Assembly (NCBI GenBank): GCA_008690995.1
Contig: VRMN01000001.1
Coordinates: forward strand, 744,001-808,000
Source: Porphyridium purpureum
Taxonomy: Eukaryota
Direction: 5' to 3'
Length of the DNA stretch: 64,000 bases
The position numbers and the translations under genes are program-made. This document shows, one piece after another, positions 12,584-24,287 of this stretch (positions are counted from its first letter, which is position 1; each line of letters starts with the position of its first letter). The notes under the pieces were generated by a model, which saw only the letters and a list, made by a program, of their open reading frames with translations, was not told the origin of the DNA and did no database searches.

Positions 12584-14095
12584 TTACGAGTAGTAGGTGC
12601 GGGGATTCTCTTGCCCCGAATCATCATTTTCCGAGTTCCGGCTATCTGCAGAATATACTGAGCCCGCCATTGACATGATATTCGACATAGCCGCAGGGTC
12701 ACTGAGAATGCGAGAAATGGCCGACGGATCCCGCCGGACTTCGTCTGCCATGCGGGCAAGGTCAGGATTGTTCCGAACCATGTTCTGAAGGTCTGGATTC
12801 AAGCCTCCCAGAAGGCTACTGAGGTCCGGAGGCACCCCGGGGCCGTTCGGGTCGTCATAAATGTCCTCTGTCTCCTCCGATGGGTCCGCCGCATTCTCGG
12901 GGGTCGCGGACACTTGCTCTGGTGCACTACGACTCGACGTTTGCGCAGGCGCAGCACCAAATGGCGAACCACCTCCAGCGCCTCCGAACATTCCCATGGC
13001 TTGGCGAAGTACATCAGGGTCTTGCATCATGCGCTGCATTTCCGGATTCGACATAAATTGACTAGCCATTTGCGCAAACATTGGATTATTCATCATGCCG
13101 CTGAGATCTGGCATTCCGGCAGGCATCCCTCCCGCCATGCCGGCCATAGGATCAGCCCCGCGGGGAAGAGAATTTCTTCGGTCTCTTCGACTTTCTGCGT
13201 TGGTCAGCTCGGATCGCAGTTTCTCGTTCGACGGATCCAGGGAAACAGCGTGCTCCAAGGCATCGATCTCTTCGTCCACCATATCGAGACTGCGGTACGC
13301 ACGAGCAAGGCGATCGTATGCTCGCACAAAGTTCGGATCAATAGAAACTGCATGCTTTGCGTCATCAATGGCGGCCGAGTACCGTTCCAGGTTAATGCTT
13401 GCGGCTGCACGATTCGAGTAGTACACCGCGTTGCTTGGATCCAATTCGATCGCCTTGGTGTAAAGAGAGAGTGCCTCTTCGTGTTTTTGCGCCTTGAAGG
13501 CGTCGTTCCCTTGCTGCTTGAACTCTTCCGCACGAGCCAAGTTCTGCGATGCCGTTTTGTCCTCGTAAGTGGAGTCGCTGCTGCCTTCAGCGGGTGCTGG
13601 CACCGCACGGGTGCTCGTCGTCGTGTCCGCTTGCCCAGGCGCGCTTTCTGGCCCAAATTTCTGCTCAAACTTTGCGCGGGCCTTCTTCACGCGCGCATCG
13701 TACTCTGGAGTGCCCGGATTGATCCCATCAAAGAACTTCGTGCGCTTAAGCGAAGCAACAAACATGTCAAACTTCTCCTCGTACGCCGAAGGGTTCACAG
13801 TTGTGAGCTCGGGCGCCTGACTTCTTTCGACGTGGTCCTGCTCAGTCTGCTCCTCCAAGCTCGCGATACCAGCAGCATACACTTGTGGCGGGCTGTGACC
13901 CGCGCGCTGCACGACCGCACGCGCCCGCGCATCCAGGTCGCTCATGTCCACCTGTGGAAAGATCTGCGCAAGGCACGACAGAACGATCTCCTTTTCCTCC
14001 ACGAGGCCGCCGGCCTGAGCCGCGGCGTCTAGATAGTCTGCCACGCCATGCAGGAACAATCGCTCAGCTTCGTTGTCCATTGCGTCTGCGTCCAT
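12584..14095 (-). CDS. SGT/SGTA-like TPR co-chaperone with C-terminal STI1/DP repeats
   Basis: Three TPRs (AEEFKQQGNDAF...YTKAIELDPSNAVYYSNRAAA), N-terminal dimerisation-like CLAQIF, and Met-rich MMNNPMFAQMASQFMSNP. Confidence 0.88.
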   Translation of the reverse strand: MDADAMDNEAERLFLHGVADYLDAAAQAGGLVEEKEIVLSCLAQIFPQVDMSDLDARARAVVQRAGHSPPQVYAAGIASLEEQTEQDHVERSQAPELTTVNPSAYEEKFDMFVASLKRTKFFDGINPGTPEYDARVKKARAKFEQKFGPESAPGQADTTTSTRAVPAPAEGSSDSTYEDKTASQNLARAEEFKQQGNDAFKAQKHEEALSLYTKAIELDPSNAVYYSNRAAASINLERYSAAIDDAKHAVSIDPNFVRAYDRLARAYRSLDMVDEEIDALEHAVSLDPSNEKLRSELTNAESRRDRRNSLPRGADPMAGMAGGMPAGMPDLSGMMNNPMFAQMASQFMSNPEMQRMMQDPDVLRQAMGMFGGAGGGSPFGAAPAQTSSRSAPEQVSATPENAADPSEETEDIYDDPNGPGVPPDLSSLLGGLNPDLQNMVRNNPDLARMADEVRRDPSAISRILSDPAAMSNIMSMAGSVYSADSRNSENDDSGQENPRTYYS

Positions 14096-14537
14096 GCTCT
14101 TCCACGGACGACTCTACTACCTCTACGACGACTGGTCATACCACTCAACTTGCTTCTTGTCCATCTTTCTCTTCTCGCCTGCACCGTACAATATTTGTTC
14201 ATAAGTAAAAAACCTTCTTTTGCTATGTGTTTCGCGAAAAGCGCGCGGCCTCGCTGGCGACCGATTGTCCTGCTCGAAGCGAAGGGGACAACTTTGGTGC
14301 CGCCAAGACTTCGGAATGGCCGAGAGAAACACAGCGCTCGAGTAAAGAGAATGGCACAATGAGCATGTTCAAGACGGCAGGGCAGAGCGATAAGCCATCC
14401 CTCAGTACCACGTAACCGCAGCGCTGCCAGAGATTCCCGGGCGTTGCGGGTCCGAACGCTGAAAATTATGGCTCTCGAGTCGCTGCATTCCAGTGTCGCG
14501 CGCCGCGTGTGACCCTGTGCCAACCCGCAAGGTGCCT

Positions 14538-17500
14538 TCAGCGCATATGTGTCAGCTGGGAAAAGTCGTCACACACGTGGAATTCTGGCCTCGTCAGAAA
14601 GTCAACCAGACGCTTGGTGAACAAAGAGCCTTCCTGTAGCGTTTGCGCAGACCCGACGAGAATCAGCTTCGCCTGGGCTCGCGTGATGGCCACATTGAGC
14701 CTTCGCCAGTCACGTAGCAACCCGCCAATCACACGCTTCTCGTTGGAGCGAACGAGCGAAATCACCACGCATGGCTGGTCAAGCCCTTGCGACTCGTCTA
14801 TGGTAAGGCTTCGCACCGCGGCCATAGAGCTATTGCAGCTGCGCCGCAGTTCAGCACGAATGAGCCCGACTTGCGCACGGTACGGAGATAAACACGTGAT
14901 GTCCTCTGGTGCTGCACCATGTTGAACGAGGGCTCGAACAATTGCCACAATCAGATTCTTCTCGCCGACATTCACGCGTTGCGCGTGGCCACCTTTCGCT
15001 CCGCCATCACGGATCCCCTGATCACGTTCACGGTCCTCGGCGCCGGTCAGGCTTTCTGTGCAGCTGGGTGTTTGGTCTGTATTCAAAAAGAGGAGCCGAT
15101 TCTCTGGATCCAGAATCCGACGCAAGTCCCCTGAGCTCTCGTCCTGCCAGGTGCTCTTTCCAGAGGAAGGCGAGAGCCGCAGCGTACGCAATGCCACCTC
15201 TGGCGTACCGCACACAAGGCTTCCGTCATACACAAGGTGGTTGCTTAGCTCCATGATGTCACGTGCCATGCGGTATTGCTCATTCAGGCGGACGGTTGCG
15301 TTCGGAAACGCTGCGGTCAAGTGCTCAAATAAGCTCTGAGTGTTCATGGTACGATTGTGAGGACTGCGAACGAGTGGGGGCAGTTGATGATGATCGCCAA
15401 CGAGCACGACGCAGCGCTTCGCGAGCCGAAGCACGCCGAGCGTGCCCGGTACCGAAATTTGGCTGGCCTCATCCACCAGCACAATGTCGAATTTCCGGCG
15501 CGAAAAGATCGAATGCGAAAGTGCCATGCATGTGCATGCCACGAGCGCCACGTTCTGGTAATATCTCTCCATATCGCCCAGTGTCGAAAGGGTCGGCATC
15601 AGAGCGCTGTGCAGACTCGGATGCACTTGCTGTGCGCGGCCAAGACGGAGCAACCTTCCATCGCGTGTCTCCGCCTGCAAGCGTAGCAGTACATTGTCTA
15701 CCGCGTGATGGGTGTGACTGCACAAGAGCACAGACAGCCCCAGCTGGAGAGCAATCTCAACAGTTGCCGATAATAATTTTGTTTTGCCTGTGCCCGGCAG
15801 CCCTAAGATGAGAGAGTAGTCTTGTGCGCGCAGAATTTGATCCACGGCCGCTTGTTGTTGCGTATTCAAATATTCCATGAGAGACGCAGCAGTCGCTGCG
15901 CCCTTCTCCGTTTGCTCGAGCAATGCTCGAGAATCATTAGCAAAGCAGGGTGGTTTCTTTTCAATGACCAGCTCGCGGAGCCGCTGAGCGCGGAGATCTG
16001 CAGCTGTAGCCTCGAGATCATCCAAAGCACGACCATGGCCACCATGCACGAGCGACGCGAGATGAAAACGCATGAGCCTGAAACTCGTCAGTAATTCGTC
16101 CTTATCGATGCGAAACACATAGATCCTTGACGGATCACCGCTCCTTTTCTGCCACACACGCATTCGCTCCTTCAGATCTGTACGCGTTTCCACGGTTATC
16201 GTGGCGGACGAAATGCTCCTCACAAACCCCATGGCCACTGCTGCCTTCTGGCAAACAGGCGAACGGCTCGACGCATGCAAAACCTCAACAGACAATAAGA
16301 CAAAGTCGTTGGCATGGAAAACTGACTGATCCAAGGCACATGCTTGGGTTTCGGGTACTCGCTCAAAGGACACCATGAATCTGTCGAGCTCCTCGTCGTC
16401 TTTGGGTATAGCTGAAGATCCACTCATTCTCGCTGCAGTCTGTGATGCGGAAGGATCCATCCATCCATTTGCACCACCCCCTGACACTCCATCTGCTAAA
16501 TCCACAAGTAATCTTAAGTTAGACAAGCACTTTCCGCGCCGTTCCTGCTCAAAACTCGGCACGCACCAAATGTCCTTGCGGTGCTGTGCACTCTCATGCT
16601 CCTCCATTTCCAAGAAACGGCGCCACTCGTTGTAAAATGTGGCGTCCGCGTTGGACTCCTTGTTCAAATGCGCCGTGTGCTCCTCAAAGACCCCAGACTC
16701 GCCAGTCAATGTCTCCGCTGATGCCGACGTCCCATTTTCGACAAGCTTGTGATGGACCATGCATGAATGCTGCACAAAGCAGCGCGAACATTTTGTTCCT
16801 GGTGCCGGATTTAAGCGCGGGAGCTCAGCGCCAACGCCTTCCAGCGAAGTCGGGCCGCGCGACGGATTCACAAGGTATGCCGACAAATGGTTTCGCATGA
16901 CAAAAATGGGAGCATATTCGCTCCTGCCGCACGGAATCACGCTCGTTTTCCGCGGAGCTGCCTTTGGGTCGTCGGTTTTGCCAATGTACGCCAGAATACC
17001 TTCGCCGAGCGCAGTATCGTATCGATCTGCAACTAGGAAGCAGTACAGAATGACTTGCGCGCGATGGTACGAGCCTCGCACCCCGGAACTGCCACCTGTT
17101 TTAAGCTCAAGCGGAAGCAAGTATGGCACACCATCACACTCTGCTTCAACAACGGCATCAACAATACCCTTGAGGCCGAGCACTGGGCTCCACACGTTTT
17201 CTTCAATCGTAAGAACGCTGGAGAACCGAACGGCACGATGTGCACCACTGTTGCTCATGTCATCTATCTGAACAGAAACTGCGCGAGAAAAGAAGTCTTC
17301 GATCCACGCCGCAATCGGTTCGGCATTGGCGTCGAGCACTGCACGCAACTCGGCTTCATCCGCCTGTGCGAGGTACATGGCATCCAACGATCCGAGAAGC
17401 AACGGGTCGATTCGTGAACGCACCAGTTGTGCAGAATCCTGCTGTGACAGAGAATGATTCGCGCTCGTCGCTTGGAGTGCAATCTGGAAAAGAGAATGCA

Positions 17501-18569
17501 CAAGACTTCCGACCAGAGCTGATTGATGCATCTGCCCTTGCTCGCGGATTTGCTCGGAGATGATGGTCTGTCGGGAGCATCCAAAGGACGATGCAAGAGA
17601 CGTTCCACTCACAAGAACATCCGGGTTCAGGATGAAGAGATTCTCATCGTCGTGCACAACAATCGAATGCGTCAATGGATCCCACGCAAAAAAATTATTG
17701 TGGCGGTCGCACCGCACCACACGACAAACATCGTGCGTTCGTACATCTGCCACGTTCTGAATCCATTGCGCCTCAAGCGTGACCCAGAGAGGTCGTGAAG
17801 TGTCGATTTCGACAATAGCTGCTCGTGTTCCAGATTCAGACCCTACCCCAGATGACGAACCCACTGCCACGCGTACGAGATCACCAGAACGAGATGCAGC
17901 GGAAATAGAAATCGCGTCGTTACGAGAGGATCCGCCTTCGATGATAGGGTAAGTCAACAGCACGAGCTGCTTCGGGCAGTCCTGCGCTTGCTGCCGAATA
18001 TTAATCTGGACAATCAAAAGGCGACCGCTCGCTGCCTCGAAAATCCGAGCGCCGTTTTTCGACTGAAACGATGAACTACAGACTTTCTGGTCATAAGCGT
18101 CAAAGTGGACCAAAAGTTCGTCCGGAATGTCGAACGCTTCGTCATCTAAAATCCCAGCTGAATGATTGTGCTTTGATGTCGCGTCTTCCGGTGATCTCGC
18201 TGTGGATCCCTGTCGTACTGGACGTGGTGAGGGAGACGGCTGACTTTCTGCGTGGTTTACACAAGTCCGCTGGTTTCGTTCATGCCCTTGATTCTGCTGC
18301 CGCTTCAGCAGTTCACTCTCGAAGGAGGTCACCAAATCCATTGGGATGTCGTACTCGTCATCATCAGATTCTATGGACACCACACCACTACCACTCACGC
18401 ATTTGTCAGGCATCACATGTGCCACGCTGCTGGCGGCTTCAAACGAAGCGTCCGGATGTTCGATCTCACACTTACCCGAGCAAGACTGAATCGGTTTCGC
18501 TCGCTTGGAGCCTTCCTCGTGCCGCTCCTCAGAAGCATGGCTGTGGCGTTTGGCGCCGGCATCCATCAT
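14538..18569 (-). CDS. DNA2: DNA replication helicase/nuclease Dna2
   Basis: Fe-S Cys (FGCSR; CSRCFVQHSC), nuclease motifs EENVWSPVLGLKGIVDA and ELKTG, Walker A GLPGTGKT, DEASQ, VGDHHQLPP, QYRM, RRLNVAITRA. Confidence 0.95.
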   Translation of the reverse strand: MMDAGAKRHSHASEERHEEGSKRAKPIQSCSGKCEIEHPDASFEAASSVAHVMPDKCVSGSGVVSIESDDDEYDIPMDLVTSFESELLKRQQNQGHERNQRTCVNHAESQPSPSPRPVRQGSTARSPEDATSKHNHSAGILDDEAFDIPDELLVHFDAYDQKVCSSSFQSKNGARIFEAASGRLLIVQINIRQQAQDCPKQLVLLTYPIIEGGSSRNDAISISAASRSGDLVRVAVGSSSGVGSESGTRAAIVEIDTSRPLWVTLEAQWIQNVADVRTHDVCRVVRCDRHNNFFAWDPLTHSIVVHDDENLFILNPDVLVSGTSLASSFGCSRQTIISEQIREQGQMHQSALVGSLVHSLFQIALQATSANHSLSQQDSAQLVRSRIDPLLLGSLDAMYLAQADEAELRAVLDANAEPIAAWIEDFFSRAVSVQIDDMSNSGAHRAVRFSSVLTIEENVWSPVLGLKGIVDAVVEAECDGVPYLLPLELKTGGSSGVRGSYHRAQVILYCFLVADRYDTALGEGILAYIGKTDDPKAAPRKTSVIPCGRSEYAPIFVMRNHLSAYLVNPSRGPTSLEGVGAELPRLNPAPGTKCSRCFVQHSCMVHHKLVENGTSASAETLTGESGVFEEHTAHLNKESNADATFYNEWRRFLEMEEHESAQHRKDIWCVPSFEQERRGKCLSNLRLLVDLADGVSGGGANGWMDPSASQTAARMSGSSAIPKDDEELDRFMVSFERVPETQACALDQSVFHANDFVLLSVEVLHASSRSPVCQKAAVAMGFVRSISSATITVETRTDLKERMRVWQKRSGDPSRIYVFRIDKDELLTSFRLMRFHLASLVHGGHGRALDDLEATAADLRAQRLRELVIEKKPPCFANDSRALLEQTEKGAATAASLMEYLNTQQQAAVDQILRAQDYSLILGLPGTGKTKLLSATVEIALQLGLSVLLCSHTHHAVDNVLLRLQAETRDGRLLRLGRAQQVHPSLHSALMPTLSTLGDMERYYQNVALVACTCMALSHSIFSRRKFDIVLVDEASQISVPGTLGVLRLAKRCVVLVGDHHQLPPLVRSPHNRTMNTQSLFEHLTAAFPNATVRLNEQYRMARDIMELSNHLVYDGSLVCGTPEVALRTLRLSPSSGKSTWQDESSGDLRRILDPENRLLFLNTDQTPSCTESLTGAEDRERDQGIRDGGAKGGHAQRVNVGEKNLIVAIVRALVQHGAAPEDITCLSPYRAQVGLIRAELRRSCNSSMAAVRSLTIDESQGLDQPCVVISLVRSNEKRVIGGLLRDWRRLNVAITRAQAKLILVGSAQTLQEGSLFTKRLVDFLTRPEFHVCDDFSQLTHMR

Positions 18570-19576
18570 CCGCCGCGCTCACCTACCTCCGCGGTGCCGC
18601 CTGCCGTGCTCTGCGTAACACATCTCCGTCACACCCCGCAATCACTCTCGTCTGTCCGAACATGCGGCATCAAGTACGGATGCTACGGATCACCGACTCA
18701 GATGAACCGGAACGAGTCACGGTCCAGCTCTGCCGGCATCCGGGCGTATGGGACTTTGTGCAAAGACCTGAGGACTGTGCGTTTGCGCATCGCTTCTCCT
18801 GGAATTGCTCTCAGCTCGGAGCAAGAGCGCGCTGGGAATGCTTACGTGTACATCGTGTGGTTTGGTTGAAGACAATGGGCATGAGTTTGGGGCAACCTCG
18901 TGGTTTCTAGAGCTCTTCGATGTTTCATCCGCTGGGATTTTTGTTTAGGAACACGCGATTGTGGACGCCTCACGGTCTTGTGAAATGTTGACGAGCAGCT
19001 CGGGCCACCACGCCGCACTGCGCGTGCCAACGAATTTCGTGAAGCGGCCAACTGGCGGTCTGACAGCTCTGGGACTGTTCTTTGCTTCCAGCGCAAGAAA
19101 AGCGCGCGTCTGTTGAACGACAGGCGTATGTCGTTGTCTCCTCCCCGACAGATGATGAAGTATGTAAGGGTGAGGCGCACGAAGAATACCGAATCTGGAT
19201 CGACGGAGCGGCTCCGGTGACAATGGGGATTAAATCTGCGCGCGTGACTTGCATATGATTTGGTGTCGTTCAACGCGTTGCAGTTCCCTGGCGTTTGGAG
19301 GCCATGGAGCGCTCCTTCCATCCCCCATTCGCGTGCGACGCCAGGCGAACGTGCAACCGACAGAAACTTTCGCCGAACGCAACGCCAACATTGCCAGTGA
19401 TGAGAGGCCAATCCGCACGCGTTGGCGATGCCACGCCACTGAGTTCACGGGCTCCGCTCGCGAGAATGGAACTTGCGTGCATCTTTGTTGCTTGAGGCGC
19501 GGCTGTCAACCAACGAATCCGCGTCGCGTGTGAGCACGCGCAGTCTAAACCCAGGTTGCATGTTGTGCGCACATAT

Positions 19577-19612
19577 GCGAGCGAGCGAGCGAGCGTGCGT
19601 GCGTGCGTGCGT
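19577..19612. repeat. Compound tetranucleotide microsatellite (GCGA)4(GCGT)5
   Basis: Read directly from the sequence. Confidence 0.85.
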
Positions 19613-20342
19613 GGGTAGGCGCTCGCTCCTCTCCTTTGGTCCCTGTCTCCTCATGGATGTTACGCCAAGAGCAACACGCGTCACACGCTGACGCAGAACA
19701 CCAACAATGCGACGCAGCGCGAGGACGGAATTCTTATTTTTGGGGCATTTTTGATAGGAAGTTCTCGGTTTCAATTCGAAGCGGAACAACCACGTCACAC
19801 CGAGTTGGGCGTCAGGCAAGTGCAAGCGTGCGATCGACAAGTCTCTCTTCGCCGAGCAAGTATCCGACACTTGCGACCGTCGGCGAGCAGGCGCGTGTCG
19901 CGGCCTTGCGTTCCACGTCGCTTGTGCTTATGGGGAAGCCATCGCTGTCTTCCACGGCTACGGGAGGCTGACATGTCGTGTGAGGAGGGGAAGTCGTAGA
20001 AACAGGGAGGATTGGTTGAATGTCCTGTCCGTGTTCCCCGCGGTTGAGTGGGTTGCACCACGTGCGGTCGAACAGACCTGTGCAAGAATCATGTGTCCGG
20101 TTCTCGATTACATGTGAGCGACCGCATTATGTCCAGTGGTGGATCGTCCAGCACGCCTATATAACGGCGGTGATGCAGGCGTGAAGGCGTGGAAGAGATG
20201 ATGGGCCGGGGATGCCGTGAAAGGAGAGGACTCGGGACATGAAGAAGAAGAAGAGACAGGCAAGATACAAACTAACAGGAAAGAATAAGCATACGAGTTG
20301 CAAGATTAGGCCACACCGATTTTGGACGCTCGCCCGTTTCGC

Positions 20343-20744
20343 ATGATGACTGAGAAGCCAGACATGGAGGAACCGACGCAGCCCGTTTCTGAGCGAGCGG
20401 AATCCGAGGACGTGGCGAATGCCAGGACGGACGCGGCGCACCGCGTGGGACGCTCGTTACAAGTTCGCGCGCCGCGGGAGCACGTGCGCAGGCACTATCA
20501 TGCGCATGGCCGGCTGCAGAACAAGGAGCTGCAACGATGCGTAGAGGGACACCTTCCGCATATGTCCCCTATAGCCTCGCCGCGACCTGGCAGCGTCGTT
20601 GTCGCCGTCCCGGATGAGGACGCCATGCAGGTTCCGTTGCTCCGTCAGCAGCCGCGAATTTGCACAAAATCGTCCAGCACCGGAAGTTTTGCGCAGGTGC
20701 CGAGACATCCAAAAAGCTCCAAGCTACAGTACTTCTGGATGTGA
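20343..20744 (+). CDS. Hypothetical protein (about 133 aa)
   Basis: ATG-initiated ORF after a purine-rich leader, with protein-like acidic N-terminus; no recognisable domain. Confidence 0.35.
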   Translation: MMTEKPDMEEPTQPVSERAESEDVANARTDAAHRVGRSLQVRAPREHVRRHYHAHGRLQNKELQRCVEGHLPHMSPIASPRPGSVVVAVPDEDAMQVPLLRQQPRICTKSSSTGSFAQVPRHPKSSKLQYFWM

Positions 20745-21098
20745 AGTATGATTGCGGGCGATTCCAAGGCATGCGCCGCGACTGATTGATAACTTCATTG
20801 GACCTACATCCGTGGCTTGAAGATAAAAAGTCCCCGCCGTCAATCACTCTGATGTAGTTGTGCGGCGCCCATGTGCATAGTGATAAAGAGTGAACATGAT
20901 CCTCATCTATTCTTTGACGTGCTCCGATACTCGACCGCAGAAGAACTCGTCTTGCTTCCACAGTGTTTGCTGACCTCCAACATGCGCACACGAATGCTTT
21001 CATCCCTACGCATCTGTTTTTGAGCAGGAGCGGCAAGTTGCGCATGGTCCTGTGAGAAATTAGAGGAGCCGATCAGCTCGATTGGCAAGAGGTCGCAC

Positions 21099-24000
21099 AT
21101 GTCTCATTATAATATACCGGTGGCGCATCCGGACATCGCATTTGTCCCGACTTCGATCGCCCGGGCATGTTTCCCGGGCCGGATTGAGCGGTTGCGTGTC
21201 CATCAAGCAATGCGCCCACAAGCGCGGCATTCAAGTTGCAGCAAGACTCGCCCGCGATGCAGCTCTGACGAGTCTTTTTCACAGCCGCTGAAAGAGGACC
21301 GACGCACTGTGTTTCTGCGCACCGATTCACCAGGCGTCGAGGAGCATGTGACGCCCATGTTCAAGCATTATGTACAAACGAAGCGCGCCTATCCGGCCGA
21401 CTTTCTGCTTTTGTATCAGGTAGGAGACTTCTTCGAGAGCTACTTTGAGGACGCCGAGCGGCTGGCAGATCTGCTCGGAATCAAGCTGACTTCCAAGTCG
21501 TGCGGTGAGAATGAGAACGGGCGCTTCAAGGCGGCGATGGCTGGTGTGCCACTGCACACACTGAATAGCAAGCTGCGCACCTTGGTCACTGACGCGCAGC
21601 AGAGTGTGGTTATTTGCGAGCAGGTAGCTGACCGCACGGCGTCAGAGCGCAAGACTTCGCTCTTCGCGCGCGATGTGGTTCGCGTCATCACTCCCGGCAC
21701 GCTCGTGGACGAAGAGCTGCTGGACGCCACCACGAACAACTATTTGTGCGCAGTGACAATGTCCAGCTCTGATGACGACATGAAGTGGGCGCTTGTGGCG
21801 TGCGACGTCTCTACCGGCGAACTCGTTGGTTGCGAAGGTTTCGGCATGGCGATGTGCTGCAGCGAACTTGCGCGTCTCGCTCCGAAGGAGTGCTTGGTGG
21901 AACAGGGTCAAATGCTGAATGCTTTGCGGTTCGCGCTCGATCGCAAGACCGGCGGGAGCGGCGCCGGCGGCGTGCAGTCTGCTCGGCAGCGCATCATCCT
22001 CAAGGCCGTACCAAAGAGCGTGTTTGATCCGGGAGCCTATGTCAAACGTGCCGGGCTTTCAGACACCATTGCCGAAGGTTTTAGCCAACCGTGCTTGAGC
22101 GCTGCGGGTGCCATTTGTACGTATCTGGAAGGTACGCTGGAGAAGCGCGGCGAGAGCGTGATATCTCGGACAAGTGACTTGACGACGCCGCTTCGCCCTC
22201 TTGAAATGTATGATGTCAACGAGTTCATGGTGCTGGATGCCACCGTGGTCCGGAACCTGGAATTATTTGAGACGGCACGTGATCTATCGCGGCACGGCTC
22301 GCTGCTGTGGGCACTGGATCGTACCAAGTCATGCATGGGCGCTCGCGAGTTACGGAAGTGGATTCTCATGCCGTTGATGGACACCTTCATAATTCAGCAG
22401 CGCCAAAATGTGGTTGCCCGGCTGTGTGCGCAAACTAAGCTTAGGAAGGAGCTTCGCACCATGATAAGCGGACTACCAGACTGGGAGCGCATGGCAGTCG
22501 GCATTGGCATGATGCGAAGTAATCCACGCGAGCTCAAACGGTACGCCGAGTCTCTGCTTGTGTTACCAGATTTGCTCCACCGCGCCGCTCTCCTCGTAGC
22601 AGAGCTCGATGCAGACCATGTGCGTTCACACTTTGGTGTTTTACACGAACTCGCGCAACTTACTTCGGCCAGCACGCATCTCGTTGAAATGGCGGAGGAT
22701 GCAGTGAAGGCCATGTTGGATATGGATGAATTGCCCGTAAACTTGCCGTCTGGATTTTCTACTGGCGGCTTTGGATCCCAGAGCAGCCGATTCGCAAACG
22801 AGCGCAAGGTCATTTTTCGTCAGGGCCGTCATGCACTAATCGACGAGCAGACAGACCGGTGCCGTGAGAGCCAAAAGCAGCTGTCGAGTGCGTGCGAGGA
22901 GCTTTTGGCGCGCGTGGCAGACGTGACAGGGCGGACGTCCGGAGGCCGCGCGACGTCACCGACGTCGACAGCTAGTGCGCAAGTCAAAGAGCATCAGCTG
23001 TACGGTTGGGTGCTTAGCGTCTCGAAGAGTCTGGACGGCGTACTGAGTGCAAAGCAGAAGCGAGGCTTGACTTTGGTGAGTGAGACCAAGACAGAACGCC
23101 GCTTCAAAAGCGCGCGGCTTGCTCAGCTTGAACAGGACCTGCAGGTGTCCGTTCGCGAGTTGTACGAGGCGCATGCGCAGCAGTTTGAAACACTGAGGCG
23201 CAATTTCGCCGGGCAGGTGGAATTGGTCCGGCGGATTTCACACACTGTTGCGCAGCTCGACGTTTTGTGTTCTTTTGCACAGGTTGCTGTCGACATGGGA
23301 TACATACAGCCAGAGATCGACACTGATGAGGCACGCCGCGAGGTAAGCATTGAGAATGGCAGGCACGCCGTGGTTGAACAGATGAAACCATTTGGGACAT
23401 TTGTGCCGAATAGCACGGCGTTTAGCAGGGAGCTTGATTTGTACGTTCTCACAGGACCCAATGCGGGTGGGAAAAGCGTCTATCTTAGACAGGTTGCGCT
23501 CATCCAAATTATGGCACAGATCGGCAGCTTTGTACCCGCCGACCGTGCTGTGCTAGGCATCTGCGATCGCGTCTTTACGCGCGTGGGCGCAGTGGATGAT
23601 CTGAGTGGGGGCAACTCTACATTTATGGTCGAGATGCTTGAAACAGCCGAAATAGTGAGCGCGGCGACGGCGCGCTCGCTCGTGCTTCTGGACGAAGTAG
23701 GCAGGGGCACATCTGTTCCAGACGGCATCGCCATTGCATGGGCGGTGCTGGAGGAGCTCGCAACGCGCGAAGTGGCCCCGCGTGTGATTTTTGCGACTCA
23801 TTTCCATGAGCTCACAAGCATGGCTGATGTTCTAGCCAACGTGCGGAATCTTCAGGTTCTGATCACTGCAGACGGCGTGCTCACACACTCGGTCGTTCCC
23901 GGCGCGGCGAGTGCTTCGCATGGCATCTTAACAGCGCGCGCGGCGGGGCTTCCGGACCGAGTCATCCGCCGCGCGACTGCGCTGCGCCACGCTCTAGACG

Positions 24001-24287
24001 AGCCGTGCACGCACTTGCGCCAAGCGCTTCAGCTCTGTGTCGGTAGCACAGTCTTGAGCAGGGAAGACGTGTCCGAACAGCCAGAGTCCGACGCACGGGA
24101 TGGATCTCAAAGTATCTCACGCGACTCGGCAAGCAGATTGGACGTCGCGGGAATGGAGCTCGAGGAAGATGGTCTTCGCGCAAACGCAAGGTGCGCCGAA
24201 ACGAGCAACGACGAATTTCGTCGCGGATTCAACGCTGCAGTGGCCCAGATGCGGGCGCAGCTCGACTCCTTGCATTGTTGCGAATGA
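21099..24287 (+). CDS. mutS: Bacterial-type DNA mismatch repair protein MutS1, probably organelle-targeted
   Basis: TPMFKHY, QVGDFFE (Phe-X-Glu), VVRVITPGT, RNLELFET..GSLLWALDRT..MGAR, TGPNAGGKS, STFMVEM, DEVGRGTS, FATHFHEL, plus an N-terminal extension of about 80 aa. Confidence 0.95.
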   Translation: MSHYNIPVAHPDIAFVPTSIARACFPGRIERLRVHQAMRPQARHSSCSKTRPRCSSDESFSQPLKEDRRTVFLRTDSPGVEEHVTPMFKHYVQTKRAYPADFLLLYQVGDFFESYFEDAERLADLLGIKLTSKSCGENENGRFKAAMAGVPLHTLNSKLRTLVTDAQQSVVICEQVADRTASERKTSLFARDVVRVITPGTLVDEELLDATTNNYLCAVTMSSSDDDMKWALVACDVSTGELVGCEGFGMAMCCSELARLAPKECLVEQGQMLNALRFALDRKTGGSGAGGVQSARQRIILKAVPKSVFDPGAYVKRAGLSDTIAEGFSQPCLSAAGAICTYLEGTLEKRGESVISRTSDLTTPLRPLEMYDVNEFMVLDATVVRNLELFETARDLSRHGSLLWALDRTKSCMGARELRKWILMPLMDTFIIQQRQNVVARLCAQTKLRKELRTMISGLPDWERMAVGIGMMRSNPRELKRYAESLLVLPDLLHRAALLVAELDADHVRSHFGVLHELAQLTSASTHLVEMAEDAVKAMLDMDELPVNLPSGFSTGGFGSQSSRFANERKVIFRQGRHALIDEQTDRCRESQKQLSSACEELLARVADVTGRTSGGRATSPTSTASAQVKEHQLYGWVLSVSKSLDGVLSAKQKRGLTLVSETKTERRFKSARLAQLEQDLQVSVRELYEAHAQQFETLRRNFAGQVELVRRISHTVAQLDVLCSFAQVAVDMGYIQPEIDTDEARREVSIENGRHAVVEQMKPFGTFVPNSTAFSRELDLYVLTGPNAGGKSVYLRQVALIQIMAQIGSFVPADRAVLGICDRVFTRVGAVDDLSGGNSTFMVEMLETAEIVSAATARSLVLLDEVGRGTSVPDGIAIAWAVLEELATREVAPRVIFATHFHELTSMADVLANVRNLQVLITADGVLTHSVVPGAASASHGILTARAAGLPDRVIRRATALRHALDEPCTHLRQALQLCVGSTVLSREDVSEQPESDARDGSQSISRDSASRLDVAGMELEEDGLRANARCAETSNDEFRRGFNAAVAQMRAQLDSLHCCE

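Noticed and set aside
12914..14032. Long antisense ORFs (372 aa here; also 57684-58733, 35450-36337, 575-1492)
   Set aside because: Shadows of real GC-rich genes on the opposite strand, with no motifs.
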